Shown here in pieces: positions 1 to 12,481 of a stretch of DNA of 64,000 nt (its first letter is position 1; each line of letters starts with the position of its first letter). Position numbers and translations under genes: made by a program. The DNA is from Tubulanus polymorphus (Eukaryota; Animalia; Nemertea). The notes under the pieces are model-generated. The model was not told the origin of the DNA and searched no databases. It saw nothing but the letters and a program-made list of their open reading frames with translations. The stretch is taken from NCBI RefSeq assembly GCF_964204645.1, contig NC_134030.1, positions 14,384,110 through 14,448,109 on the forward strand, read 5' to 3'.

Positions 1-408
1 AAACCCAATGACCTTAAAACTCACCACAATCGTAGTACATATCATGAAATACAACTTTGCAATTGATCATGGTAACAAAATATGCCTAGGTACCAATCTA
101 ATAAGGAAATACTAAGCTATTCTACTATTCAACGCCCCCTGGTGACTATATGGAATAAATAATGTCCTTAAAAACTCACCACAATCATAGACGATGTCAT
201 GAACTACAACTTTGCAATTGATCATGGTAACAAAGTATGCCTAGGTACCAATAAAATAAGGAAATACTAGGTTATTCTACTATTCAACGCCCCCTGGTGA
301 CCATATTGAATAATTAATATCCTTAAAACTCACCACAATCATAGACGATGTCATGAGCTACAACTTTGAAATTAATTGTGGTAATAAAATATGTATTGGT
401 ACAAATAT
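1..408 (+). repeat. Partial ~154-bp tandem array of a pearl/HINE-type element (same family as 6491 and 17888), cut off by a BEL/Pao LTR
   Basis: AAACTCACCACAATC recurs at ~155-bp spacing; two TTCAACGCCCCCTGGTGAC motifs; the same unit is found in the arrays at 6.5-7.0 kb and 17.9-18.5 kb. Confidence 0.85.
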
Positions 409-928
409 TGTTATGCGCAATTCTCATTTTCGATGTATATTCTTTTTCGTACTTGTTAACCTGTGTTTAATTATTAGGTTAGGGTTTATCTTTTTATTTA
501 GTTCACTATTCAGTGTGTATACATGGATTTAGATTTTCATGAATAGTAGATTTAACATGTCCTGCTTAGTGTACTACACTTAATCGATCGCTGTATAAGC
601 AGCTTATATACGAATACAGAATTTCAATATAAAGGGTTTTGGGTATTTTTCATGGACACTTGCCATGTGAGTGCTGTCCTGTACAGATCTCCTGATCTTT
701 AGCTATCTACACCTAAATGTATATGATATCCATAAACTCGGTGAGTGTTAATCTGTACTGTTTTTCGTATCTTGATTATAATTGAGAAATGTTTAAAACT
801 GAGATTTATTGTATTTTTGTTTGTTTCTATTGTAGTAAATCGTTTCAACGAGAATAATTAAAAACGTATTTATGATAATGCATATGAAGCTTATTGATTA
901 AGTGTTGTTTTGGTCGTCGGTTACCACA
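409..928 (+). repeat. Probable 5' LTR of BEL/Pao element 1
   Basis: Starts TGTTATG exactly where the tandem array stops and ends TTACCACA just before the gag start; no second LTR in the window to confirm the boundaries. Confidence 0.5.
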
Positions 929-946
929 TCATTTACGAGTTTGAAG

Positions 947-3900
947 ATGAATCAAGATCATGTATTGGAGACTGGAGAAGACAGTGCTGAAAAAGCTGAT
1001 TCATTGGGGCGAGGTAAAAGGAAGAAGCCTTTTACTGAAAAGGGTCGCAGTTATACTATCGACACGTTAGAGAAAAGATTGGAGAGTAAATATTCGGAGC
1101 TTCAAAAAAGACAAATTTACTTCAATCTATGTTGATGGACCCTGATTGTAAAAGTGATGTCATTGAACCTCAGTATAAATGATGGCTCACTTTGATAGAG
1201 ACGTTTTATCAGTATCATGATGATCTGTGCAAGTGCTATGATGATTCAGAACGCCAGGCATATTTAGGGAAATTTAATGACAGGGAAGAATTCATCAAAC
1301 GATTCAAGTCAGAGACAGAACAAAGGTTTAAAGAAAATGTTCAGTTACCGATACCCATTGTAGTGGAAGATGATGTACTGTCGCAGAAAAGCAAATATTC
1401 ATTCGATTCCCGTTCACGGCAGTCTTCGATCGGTAGAACTATTGTGTCTGCAAAGATTAAAGAAGCCCAACGCGTTGCTGAGCTCACTACCCGGGCAGCG
1501 GCACTAAGGAAAAAGCAGGCTTTGGATGAAACGAAGTTTTGCCTAAAACAGGAGGAGGAGGCTCTAGAGATAAATACGGAGTTAGCAGTAGCGGGTGGTC
1601 GATCTAAGGTTTTAGAAAGTCTAGGTGAAAACTTTGATCCTCTGAATCTCTCGAAACTGGTCCAGTTACGGTGAAGACACAATTGGGTCCGCTATCACAG
1701 CCTTTCATCCCCTGTCGGCCTATGGTGCCGACCGAGATACGCGAACAGGGTTGTGAACAACCGAGGAACGAATTCGCAGATGGATCAGCATGGATGTCGA
1801 CAATGGTGCGCCAGTTAAAAAAACCTACGGTGGACATTAAGAAGTTTAGTGGTAGCCCCCTTGAATACAATAGATTTATGCGTCAGTTCAAGGTTATGGT
1901 TATTCAAATATCTGATAACTATGATGAAAAATTGAATTATCTTGAACAGTTTACAATCGGCGAAGCGAACAAAATCGTGACAGGTTTCAGTTATCTTGAC
2001 AGTGCTCATGGATTTGAATCAGCCATGCGAGAGTTGAAAGAAAGATACGGGGATCCTCAGCTTATAGCTCAGGCATTTATTTCAAAAGCTCTGCAATGGC
2101 CTGATGTCAAGGGAGATGAAGCTAAAAGTTTAGATGAGTTCTCTATATTCCTGGTGGAGTGCGAAAATGCAGTGAGGTGCAACGACGCGGTAAGAATACT
2201 TGAATATCCGGAAAACTTGAAACGTCTACCGTAAAAACCGGCGAAGTCGAGTTTTTAATCCTTGATTTTACCACTAAATTATTGACCTCGACTTATACCC
2301 CGAGTATAGTTTTCTACTAAGTATTTTCAGGTCACAAGAAATATTGATTCTACCAGACAAAAAAGACAGTGTTCATCTTCTCACTGCTATAACAGTTTGA
2401 ATAATTATTCATGATAAATAAAGTTATTTAATGAAAAAAACTTCTTTCATTTTGACACAGCTTCATTTAAAACGATGTATTCATATATGCACGCTAATAG
2501 CAGCGCTTGATAAATTAGGCTATATATAGCGTGTGACTCACACTACTGTCTCATTGAATGGTAGTGTATTATACCCGAGTGTGTGTGTAACAGTCTATTG
2601 ATTAACACACAGCAGCAATCAGGCTGACGCGCGGCGGCGTGCGTGAAGGCGCACATCGTTATCAAAACCAACTATTCAATATAATGATACAAGTAATTAT
2701 TCTTCTAAGAGAAGGGACTCGACTTATAAGCAGGATATATGTTAAAATCATGAAATGTAGGTCTAAAAATCGACCTCGACTTATACGCTGCGTAGACTTA
2801 TACGCCGGTTTTAACAGTAATCGCTAAGTTGCCACTATTCCTTCACAATAGATGGCGAACGATTGCCATGCAAAAAAGAGACACCGGACAGTCAGTTCAT
2901 TTTGGGGATTTAGTCACTTTTGTAAAACGTGAGTCCAAAAAGGCAAATGATCCCGTCTATGGACGCGATGCAATGGGAAGTAGCCGGAGGAAGCCGATGC
3001 TTTTCAGTCAGATGAAGCCTAGAATGAGTAGTAATTTTGCCTAAGATAAGACGCAGGATAGTATCCGAAGTTCGGGATTAGGCAGTGATTCGAAGACTTG
3101 TGCGTACTGTAGGGGTTCAGATCATGGCCTTAGTTGTTTGAAGAATGCTCATTTAAAGAAAAGAAGAACTTCTTACGAACTAGTTCACGTTGTTTTGGCT
3201 GCCTAGGTGAAGGTCACATCAGTCGCTTCTGTACTAAAAGATTTGTTTGTAAGAAGTGTCAGAAACTACATCCGACAATACTTCACATCGAACGATTAAA
3301 TCAACAGTCAACTTCATTGATTCCTCAACAGACTTCAGCGGTACCAAAGGTTAATGCATTCTCGGAATATGATGACGGGAAGTTTAATTACAAGATGGCA
3401 GTAATTCCCGTGAAAGTTCGTATTAATGGTTGCACTGGTCTAGTGGAAACATATGTTTTCATGGACACTGGAAACAATGTTTCCTTTTGTTCGACTTCTC
3501 TCATGCAGAAATAGGGTATTACTGGAAAAAAGAAAAGAATTAAGTTAGATACTATGGGAGAATCAGTTACGATGGAAACCTTTTGTCTAAAAGGAATTCA
3601 AATTGGTGATTTCAACGAAAAAGCCTTCATCGATTTACCAACTACTTATACGAAATCGACTATTCCAGTATCGAGGTTGCATATACCGTTACCCGAGGAC
3701 CTACAAAAATGGCCTCATTTAACAGGCATTGATCTCCCAGTCATTGATTCCGACATTGAGCTACTAATTGGAGGCAATGTAGCAGAGGCGTATTATCCGT
3801 TAGAATGTTTAACAGGGCCACACGGTAGTCCTCACGTCACAAGAACGATACTTGGATGGATTCCGTGGGGTGTACGTCAAGATGACTCGCAACAAGTTGA

Positions 3901-6490
3901 CTTATCATACGCTACTGATGCCCGTATAACTTCTGACTGTAAGGAGTTACAGAACCTGGATCGGATGGTTAGACAGGCAATGAATTTTGATTTTCCGGAG
4001 CGAGCCTTGGATGAGAAAGCAGAAAATTCGCAGAAAGACATGGCATTCCTTAAAAAGGCTACTCATTCTATTCAACTTAAAGAAGGCCATTACGTTATTG
4101 AATTGCCTTTTACAGATGATGATATCAAATTACCAGCCAACAAGGATCTCGCTTTGAAAAGATTAAAAAGCTTAGAACAAAAGCTAAGAGGTCAACCGCA
4201 GTTTAAAGCTGACTACGATAATTTCATGGCAACGATCTTAAAGAGAGGTTACGCGGAGTTAGTTCCTGAGAAAGACTTGAGCTGTGATGATGGATGGGTA
4301 TGGTACATACCATATCATGGCGTCTACCATGCACAGAAGAAAAAAATAAGAGTAGTTTTTGACTGCATGGCACGTTTTAATGGAGTTTCACGAATGAGGT
4401 ATTACTCCCAGGTCCCGCGATTTGACCAGCTATCTACTGGGCGTACTGCTTCGATTCAGAATGGAAAATGTAGCTATCATTGGCGACGTAGAGAAGATAA
4501 AAAGGACCTTAAAAGGATCGTGATTGTTTAAGATTTTATTGGTGGCCTGATGGCAATTAAGACTCCAAACCTCAGACCTGTTTGGTGCGGTTTCATCGCC
4601 TAGTTGTTCCAACATAGCTCTTCGTCAAACGGCCTTGGATTTTGCTGATGAGTATGATAGTGATGTTCTGGATGCAGTCACACGATGTTTCTACGTGGAT
4701 GATTGTTTGCGAAGTGAAGAATCTGTGTCAGATGGGATAAGGTTAATACGAGGCATTACATCTATCTGCGCGACAGGAGGGTTTAGAATGACGGGATGGT
4801 GCAGTAATGATCCAGAAGTCGTGGAAGCTGTACCTACGTCGGAACGAGCTGAAACCGATCAAGCGCGTCAGAGAGCTTTGGGCGTGACTTGGATATTGGA
4901 TTCTGATAGATTCGGTTTCACGGTTTCTATCAAAGACAAATCTCCCTTTCGACGTGGAATACTTTCCGTAGTGAGTTCGGTGTTCGATCCTTTAGGACTC
5001 ATATCACCGCATATTCTCCCTGGAAAAGAGCTGTTACAGGAGATATGTAAGAGAGGTCTAGATTGGGATACAGAAATAATGGGTGATTTGTTAGTTAAGT
5101 GGAAACGCTGGCAGGAAGATATCTCGCATCTGGAAAATTTGTCTGTACCTCGTTGTATCAAACCATCTGATTTTGGGAGCGTTATCTCAAAGCAAATCCA
5201 CTATTTCTCTGATGCGAGTGAGATCGGATATGGAACTGCGATATATTTGAGAGTGGTGAATGAAAGCGGCGATATTCATTGTCAATTGCTAATGGGAAAA
5301 TCGCGTGTCGCACCGCTTAAAAAAGTAACTGTTCCATGTTTGGAACTAAATTCAGCTGCTATGGGCGTCAAGATGCATGTTGTACTCCAGAGGCAACTGG
5401 ATCTGAAGTTCATTGAAAGCTTCTTTTTGAGTGATAGTGCATCGGTATTAAAATATATTAGAAATGAAAGCAGTCGATTCAAAACGTTTGTCGCAAATCG
5501 AATATCACTTATCCGAGAGGTGACATCTCCTGAACAATGGAGATTTGTTAATTCGTGTATGAACCCTGCGGATAAAGCATCAAGAGGAATGAAATAAGAC
5601 GATCCTAATCCTGAATTGTGGTTTCAGGGCCCTCATTTCCTGCATAAACCGGAGTCAGAGTGGCCAGTGGACCTAAGTTCGCAAACAAATATAAATGGCG
5701 ATGATAGTGAATTAAAGAAGGTGACGTGTGCTGCTTTCGCTGATGACACGCCAGAAAATGCTCTTGGAAAACTTATGAGCTATTGTTCAGAATGGGAAAA
5801 ACTAAGACGTTTTGTCGCTCATTTCATTCGAGTAAAGGATTTCCTTCGCTGGAAAGCCACTGAACGAAAACGGATCGATATTGGTCTTTGTATCGATACA
5901 CCAGTAGAAACTGAACGTCGTTCTGAAGTAGAAAAGATCCTGAAACGTTCTCAAGAAGGGAAAAACTTCATAACCTTGAATTTAGAATCTCTGAAAAAAG
6001 CTGAGTGTATAGGAATTATACTACTACTTCATAGCGAGCAACAGCACTACTTGAGCGAAGAGTTCAATCGTCTGGCTAGCGGCAAAACCGTTAAAAGGTC
6101 GAGCCCACTCTATAAGTTTGATCCGTTCGTTGAAAATGGTCTGATAGGGGTTGGAGGCAGATTGGAAAATGCACAAATACCTTATGATGCGAAACATCCT
6201 ATTATTAGTTCCTAAGTTGTCGACTCTGGCAGAGAAATTAATTCGACACACTCATATGCATACTGTCGGACATCTGGGAAAGAATGCAGTTCTATCGCAT
6301 TTACGGCAGAACTATTGGGTCATAGGAGCCAACAGTATTCTAAGAAAACTAATGTCATCGTGCGTTAATTGTATCAAATATAAAGGAAGATGTAATGAGC
6401 AAAAAATGGCAAACCTACCACCTGAAAGATAAGCTGTAGACCCACCCTTCACACATACAGGTGTGGATTACTTTGGACCGTTTGAAGTAA
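947..6490 (+). pseudogene. BEL/Pao gag-pol polyprotein, degraded (gag, Zn knuckles, protease, RT, RNase H, start of integrase)
   Basis: FSGSPLEY..F, KLNYLEQF, ELKERYG (gag); CFGCLGEGH..C..C..CQKLHPTILH; MDTG (protease); WYIPYHGVYH..KIRVVFD; FYVDDCL (RT); HYFSDAS..GYG, MGKSRVAP (RNase H); GGRLENA, HxxxxH..CxxC, GVDYFGPF (integrase). Many stops and frameshifts; truncated at 6490. Confidence 0.95.
2229..2817. mobile_element. Tc1/mariner (pogo-like) MITE inserted in BEL gag
   Basis: Imperfect TIRs CCGTAAAAACCGGCG / CGCCGGTTTTAACAG; TA duplication at 2227-2228 and 2818-2819; removing it restores ENLKRLIAKLPLFLHNRWR. Confidence 0.92.
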
Positions 6491-8763
6491 CTAGGGGTCC
6501 AGGGACACCATGCCCACTTGGGAAGTGGTTCCAAATGCTCAACAATCTAACAATTTCAATATTCAACGCCCCCTGGTGACCATATGCAAAAACCGATGAC
6601 CTTGAAACTCACCACAATCATAGAACATGTCAGCAGCTACGATTTTGTAATTGATTGTGATAACAAAATATGCCTTGTTACCAATTTAATATGGAAATAC
6701 TAATTTATTCTACTATTCAGCGCCCCCTGGTGACCAAATAGAATAACTAATGGCCTTAAAACTTGCCACAATCATAGATGATGTCATGAACTACAAGTTT
6801 GCAATTGATTATGGTTACAAATTATGCATTGATACGAATATAATATAGAAATACTAAGATATTGTATTATTCAATGCCCCCTGGTGGCCATATACAAAAA
6901 ACCAATGACCTTGAAACTCACCACAATCATAGAACATGTTATGAGCTACAACTTTCTAATTGATTGTGGTATCAAAATACGCTTAGGTATCAATATAATG
7001 TGGAAAAACTTTTTCCCTCCTACGAATGAGTACTGATGACACCAAGATGGCCGCTAATTGCGTCATAATTGGCTGATCAAAAATACCTGTCTCAGGTATA
7101 AAACATCCCTTTTCAAAGAATACCCATCACAAATTGCAATGAGAAATGGCAAACCAGTAGGGAGCTACAGGACTGAGAATTCGGGCCAAAATTGACATTT
7201 TTGGGCACTAAAAAGGTCATAGGACGGTCATCTTGAGTCCGATCAACCCAATTTTTGTCATGCTGATGGGCCCTGGGGGGATTCACATACATCCGAAAGA
7301 TCAAGGTAATTGATCAAAGCGTCTTCAAAAAGTGAAACAAGAAAATTAATTTTAGAAAATTATTTGACGCCTTATAATTATTTGACGAAAAAAATGTAGA
7401 ATTTCTGGGCTAAGCTAATGTGGAATTGCAAATTTGAAATCGAAGTTTTAAGAAATTTGGGGAATGATGAGATTTGGCGATTGGGTAGATGATACAGGTC
7501 TTCGACTCTAGTAGTGGTTTAAATTTTTTTATTGAAAATTCTCAATAATTGATCCCGAACTTGCGACCGACTTCATTTACTTATGCCTCTAAGCTGGTCT
7601 GCAACTTCATTGCCTCCATGGATGAAGAAAGAGCTCTTCTGATGTCTGCTTCATCATGACTTCGAGCATATCGTGTGGCCTAGCCAGCCGGCCCGGTCCC
7701 CGGGCCACGGGTTTGGCTCTCACTCGATATCCTAGAGTCTTGAGTCTGGGTGGGTTGAAGTAGACATTGTCATTTAAAATAACATGCTTATGTTGTTCTG
7801 TATGAATTACCCGTGTGTCATGTATGTTGTATTAATTTATTTTAAAATTTGTATTTATTGAATTTGGGAATTTTATCCCGGAATTTCAATGTAATAAGGA
7901 TCAATAAAGAATTGAATTGAATTGTCACCTAATACACATGCCATCAGAGGACGCGGAGCAGTATATGACAGCTATGCTATTATAAATTGCTAATCTCACG
8001 AAACCTGCATACTCCTAATATCAAACATATTTTCTAAAACGTTTGAATATTGAAATTATATGTTTACACATTTTCATATTGACCGCTTGTAGCCGCTGAT
8101 GAAATTCACGCCGGCCCTACACACATCGTAGATAGCTTCGTCATTCCACCGGCATGCCCACGTCAGGGTCTGACTTTTATATCAGACTTCCAAATCGTGT
8201 ATACATCCGCCATTTAACCGAATAATCCGATTTACTTATCATTTCTATTTATGCCTGCCGCTTCTGATATAATCATACATCCTTTACTATTACAAAACTT
8301 CTTCTAATGATATTCAATGCAATATAACATTTCGACGTTCAAATATAGGTCATTATATAATCACAGGAAGCCATTCTACATCTTCATCAATAATATTTTG
8401 CCAGATAGCTTGTTTGTGTGCACATAGACCTGTGACGTTTTGCACATAGATTTACGACTGTCGTTTGTAAAATGACGCTGAATGGTTAACATTGTTTAGG
8501 TTTCATAATGGTAACGTTTTATAAGGCGTCAAAAAAGTGTTGATTTTGGCGAACAACAATGGCTGCCAGTCGGCCATCTTGATTCTGACAGGGCCAGTTT
8601 TTGGGCTGAAGATGTGTCTAGGGTAGAAACATTTGTAACCCAAATATCAAGACATTACATTGAAGCGTCTTCAAAACTTCCCAAAATAACTGGATTCCGT
8701 CTACGAACGGACGGACGAAAAGTGAACGCAATAGCCCGCTGGGACTTAAGTCCCAAGTGGGCT
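6491..8763. mobile_element. pearl/HINE-type non-autonomous Helentron element, with a nested insertion
   Basis: Subterminal IRs GCCCACTTGGGA / TCCCAAGTGGGC, terminal hairpin GCCCGCTGGGAC-TTAA-GTCCCAAGTGGGC, ~154-bp tandem core, short (ACGG)n; colinear with 17888-19141. Confidence 0.85.
7336..8533. mobile_element. Second non-autonomous element (HINE/MITE-like) nested in the pearl-type element
   Basis: Absent from the 17888-19141 copy; 15-bp inverted repeat TTTGACGCCTTATAA (7363-7377) / TTATAAGGCGTCAAA (8519-8533); starts AACAAG. Confidence 0.65.
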
Positions 8764-9486
8764 AAAAAGGAAAGACAAATAACTAAATATTTATTTCAGG
8801 AGCTCAGGAGCATTTCCTTTAACTGTGAAGATGAATATTTCAACTTATTAGGCAAAGGAGATTGGGAAAAGTATATTTTTGGTTGGGAAAAAATTTGAGC
8901 AAGACAAGGCCTGGATTCTGGTGGAAAATACTAAAAAATTTGCCATTCGATATCCATTACTTGACTTATATTTGGCCGATTTCTTACTAAAGAATGAATT
9001 TATTGAGTAACATTGTCGTTTTAGTTGCTAAATTGCCATTTAGAGTAGCAAAAAAAACCAGGAAGTGTTTTAATTGATCAGCTGGCAGCCGGTGTGGAGC
9101 CGGAAGTGACCCGGATGTAAACAATTTTAAGCACCTCGCCAACTTTAGGTCAAAATCCGCGAAAGACTACTATAGGCCTAATCAATCATAAAAGTAATTA
9201 CAGAAAATGATTAATAAAGTATTCAATTTTAAAACGTATGGGTGTACTTTTTGTCAATTATTATAATTTTCGCATATTGAAGCATTGAAATACGTTCATC
9301 GCTTGAAAATAGCAAAAACACGGCCGGGCAAAAAAGTACGCACCACTACGTTATAGGCGAGAAATATTTTTAAAATGTTCGGAGGTCAAATAATCAGTCA
9401 ATCAACATGGCCGCCATTTTGTTTCCTAGAAATCCGGCGATGCGCACTGAACTACGATTTATTTCTCCGTAACTACGCAAGATACA

Positions 9487-11653
9487 CAGAGCTGCCAACC
9501 TTGATTTCATCTTTGGCTGAACACATGTCCAGATTTATCAGTATTTTCAAAAATTTTCCAGTAGTCCCAAATTTTCAAAACAGAAAACGCTTAAAAAGTC
9601 AGTATTAAGTTATCAAAAGTCTGTATTACAATTAACACATAGAACGTTATTCATAATAGAACAAATTCTATTAAAATATATAAAAATATATTGAAATACT
9701 TCAGTAACAGAAATATTATTGATTGTCGAGATCACAATTAACTAAAATTAACAGTCACAGTAGAAAAACACAACAAAACTTTTGTTTGTTGATAAACTAA
9801 AATAAAACATAACATAACATAGCAGTAACAATTATAATACTAAATTTATGATCAGGCACTAGATAATGCCAGTGTGTTGCGATTAATGATTTTTTAATGA
9901 CAACCTGGTTGTAGATTTGCATTTTCTTAATAAAGTTTCACTATGATTATTCAAATGGCATATCCCACCACGTGACTTCAAAAGCATCAGTGCCTCCAGA
10001 GTATCTGGAGCAAGGCAAGAACGAAAATCTGTCTTATTTTTACGGACGGTACTGAACACGCGTTCACAGCAGGCATTGGCCACTGGTATCAGAAGAATTA
10101 TCATCATGAGTCTGGGAAGCACATTAAATCTAAAAAAGATGACAGACAAGATGCTCATTGATAAGAATCTAATATATATGACATAAAGTGTTACACTAGA
10201 CAGGAATGAGCCTATGTACCTTTGAGATCCAGTACAATCAATAAGCTGTGCCATCAGTTTCCACTGTTCTTCGGCTGGTCTATGAACAGGATCCTTCATT
10301 TCAGTAGCAGACGGAATTATGAACAGATCTAATGGGAGATCTTCTTCCTTCAAGGTTTGATAATCATTGAATTCAGCCTCAATGACATCGAGATCAAAGT
10401 TGTCTCGAAGACAGGGGAATCGATCAATGAAGTACTTCATATCTCTAAATTTTGTGGTCCCTCTCAATGATATGTCAGCCACCTGTGAAGATTAGAAATG
10501 CACACACAAACATAAGCCTGCCACAGCAAAGACTATTAAGATGGCTTGCAAATTCTTTGTATCAAGGTAGTCACCAGTTTTTCGATCACTCTTCTCACTT
10601 TGTGGATTTGAGAATTTTCACTCTGCAAAGTCGAGTTAGTAGTCTCAAAAATCTACAAAACATGAATTAAGAATACTGTTTTACGATACATGAAGTTGTC
10701 ATTTAATAAGTCCACAGTATATTCACCACATTAATTATAGACAAATGAATACAGCTTAATATAGCAAGAAGTCTTGAGACAAAAAACCACATCAATAACC
10801 CTAGAATGTATTAATCTGTATTAAGGATTAGGCTACGTAAAAAATATTTGAAAGATTATAATTACCTCTACAGCTTTCATGACAAAGGCAGTATATAATT
10901 TAGCCGTGCGCCTGCTGAAGAAAGATTTCAGTGTTTTCTTCATAGAACCAGACGATTCAGTACCAAGTTCATCTTCATAATCCTCACCATCATTTTCACC
11001 ATCACTACATTCAGCATCGAAAAAAGATTTCAAGGCAGTCCACTGCTCCTGCTTTGATATCGTCGACGCCACCGTAGGCTACCGTAAAATCGCTTTTACA
11101 GTAGGCGCAGAAGGCATGATGTTTGGACTTACTACTCTTCTCAATACACGGATATTTCATTGAATATTCCTCCCGAAACTTTTGCATTCTACGCTTTTTC
11201 TTTGCAGGGCAAGCCGCTTTAGTATTCAGCTCCGAAACATCAGAATCAGACGATTCTGAATCAGATCCTACCGAAATCAAAAGGCCGGTCGCCATTTTGT
11301 CAACAAACTTCTGACACCGTACTAGTGCGCCATCTTCACTTCAATGAAGGTGGCGCACTAGTACGGTGTAAGAGAAATTAGATAAGGACCGGCGGGGTCC
11401 TCGGGGATGAACAAATGAAGATCGTCGATCATCGGGCCAAACTCCCCCCTCAACTTACAAGTTTGATTGAGAGAAAATCAGGAAAAACGAAGTAAATTGC
11501 TTTAAAAAGACATTTTGTCAATCCGTAATATATCAATTTTTTCCGTACTCTCTGGTGAAAATATCCGTAATGATTTTTCAAAAAACGGAACCCCGTATTT
11601 TGTCACGATTTTCCGGAACTGTTACGGAAAAATCAGAACGGTTGGCAGCTCTG
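9487..11653 (-). mobile_element. Internally deleted hAT DNA transposon
   Basis: 14-bp TIRs CAGAGCTGCCAACC / GGTTGGCAGCTCTG; GATACA on both flanks; transposase remnants inside. Confidence 0.9.
9883..11295 (-). pseudogene. hAT transposase remnant (N-terminal zinc finger and C-terminal dimerisation region; catalytic core largely missing; intron-containing)
   Basis: KFREEY..KYPCI..AFCAYCKSDF...GGVDDIK and LLIPVANACCERVFSTVRKNKTDFRSCL. Confidence 0.85.
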
Positions 11654-11747
11654 GATACACTCATGAAATTTACACCACAACAAATAACCGGTAAATTGAG
11701 CATACTGAGCAAGTTTGGTTTCAATCAAATATAAAATGCGTTTTTTG

Positions 11748-12366
11748 GGTGCTATTGCAGTTTCGTACCCCCTCCCAAAAATGTTTATTTCTGTATATTA
11801 TTAATCAGGGAGGTCGGTAGAGTCAAAATAAATCACTTTTGACAAAAAAAAAATTTTTTTCCAAGCCAAAATTCTGATAATTTGGGGCCGATTTCCTCGA
11901 TTCAAACCGATGGGTCGGCCATGTTTCCGCACTAATTACCACCTTAAAACATCTGAATAAATATATCTCAATAAATTTAATTGAATTGACAAAATTTCGT
12001 TTTTGAGCATATAACTTTTCTTCATCAGAACATCTTTAAATCAATAGCTAAGTATGAAAATAATGCAAACATACGCGTCATTTTCAGAGATGGTTATGTT
12101 TGAAAACATGGTTTTTGCAAAGTTTTAATGTCATGACATTTCAGTGGAGGTTTAGAAACTTTGATTGACATCCAATATGGCGTTGTTTGACGTCGCGAGT
12201 CGGCTACTTTACACGCGATTTAGGGCCCAAAATAACAAAATTCTAACCGAGAAAAAGTAAGTTTTTTGGGTCAAAAGTTACTGATTTTGAATCCCTAGAC
12301 CTCCCTGATAATAAATATGCTGAAATAAAAATTTTTGGGAGGGGGGTACGAAAATGCAATAGCGCC
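11748..12366. mobile_element. MITE with ~95-bp imperfect TIRs and 8-bp TSD (Merlin- or MULE-like)
   Basis: GGTGCTATTGCAGTTTCGTACCCCCTCCCAAAAA... vs ...TTTTTGGGAGGGGGGTACGAAAATGCAATAGCGCC; TSD GTTTTTTG at 11740-11747 and 12367-12374. Confidence 0.9.
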
Positions 12367-12411
12367 GTTTTTTGTGAGTGAATAAAAATTTGAAGCGAGG
12401 AAAACGCTAAT

Positions 12412-12481
12412 TATGACACATTTTGATCACGTGACCTGAAATCCCTATGACACATTTTGATCACGTGACCTGAAATCCCTA
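12412..12481 (+). repeat. 34-bp tandem duplication
   Basis: TATGACACATTTTGATCACGTGACCTGAAATCCC twice. Confidence 0.9.

Noticed and set aside
8614-8898. 94-aa ORF (and 18642-19124 ORFs) as genes
   Set aside because: They lie in the non-coding HINE body and cross its boundary
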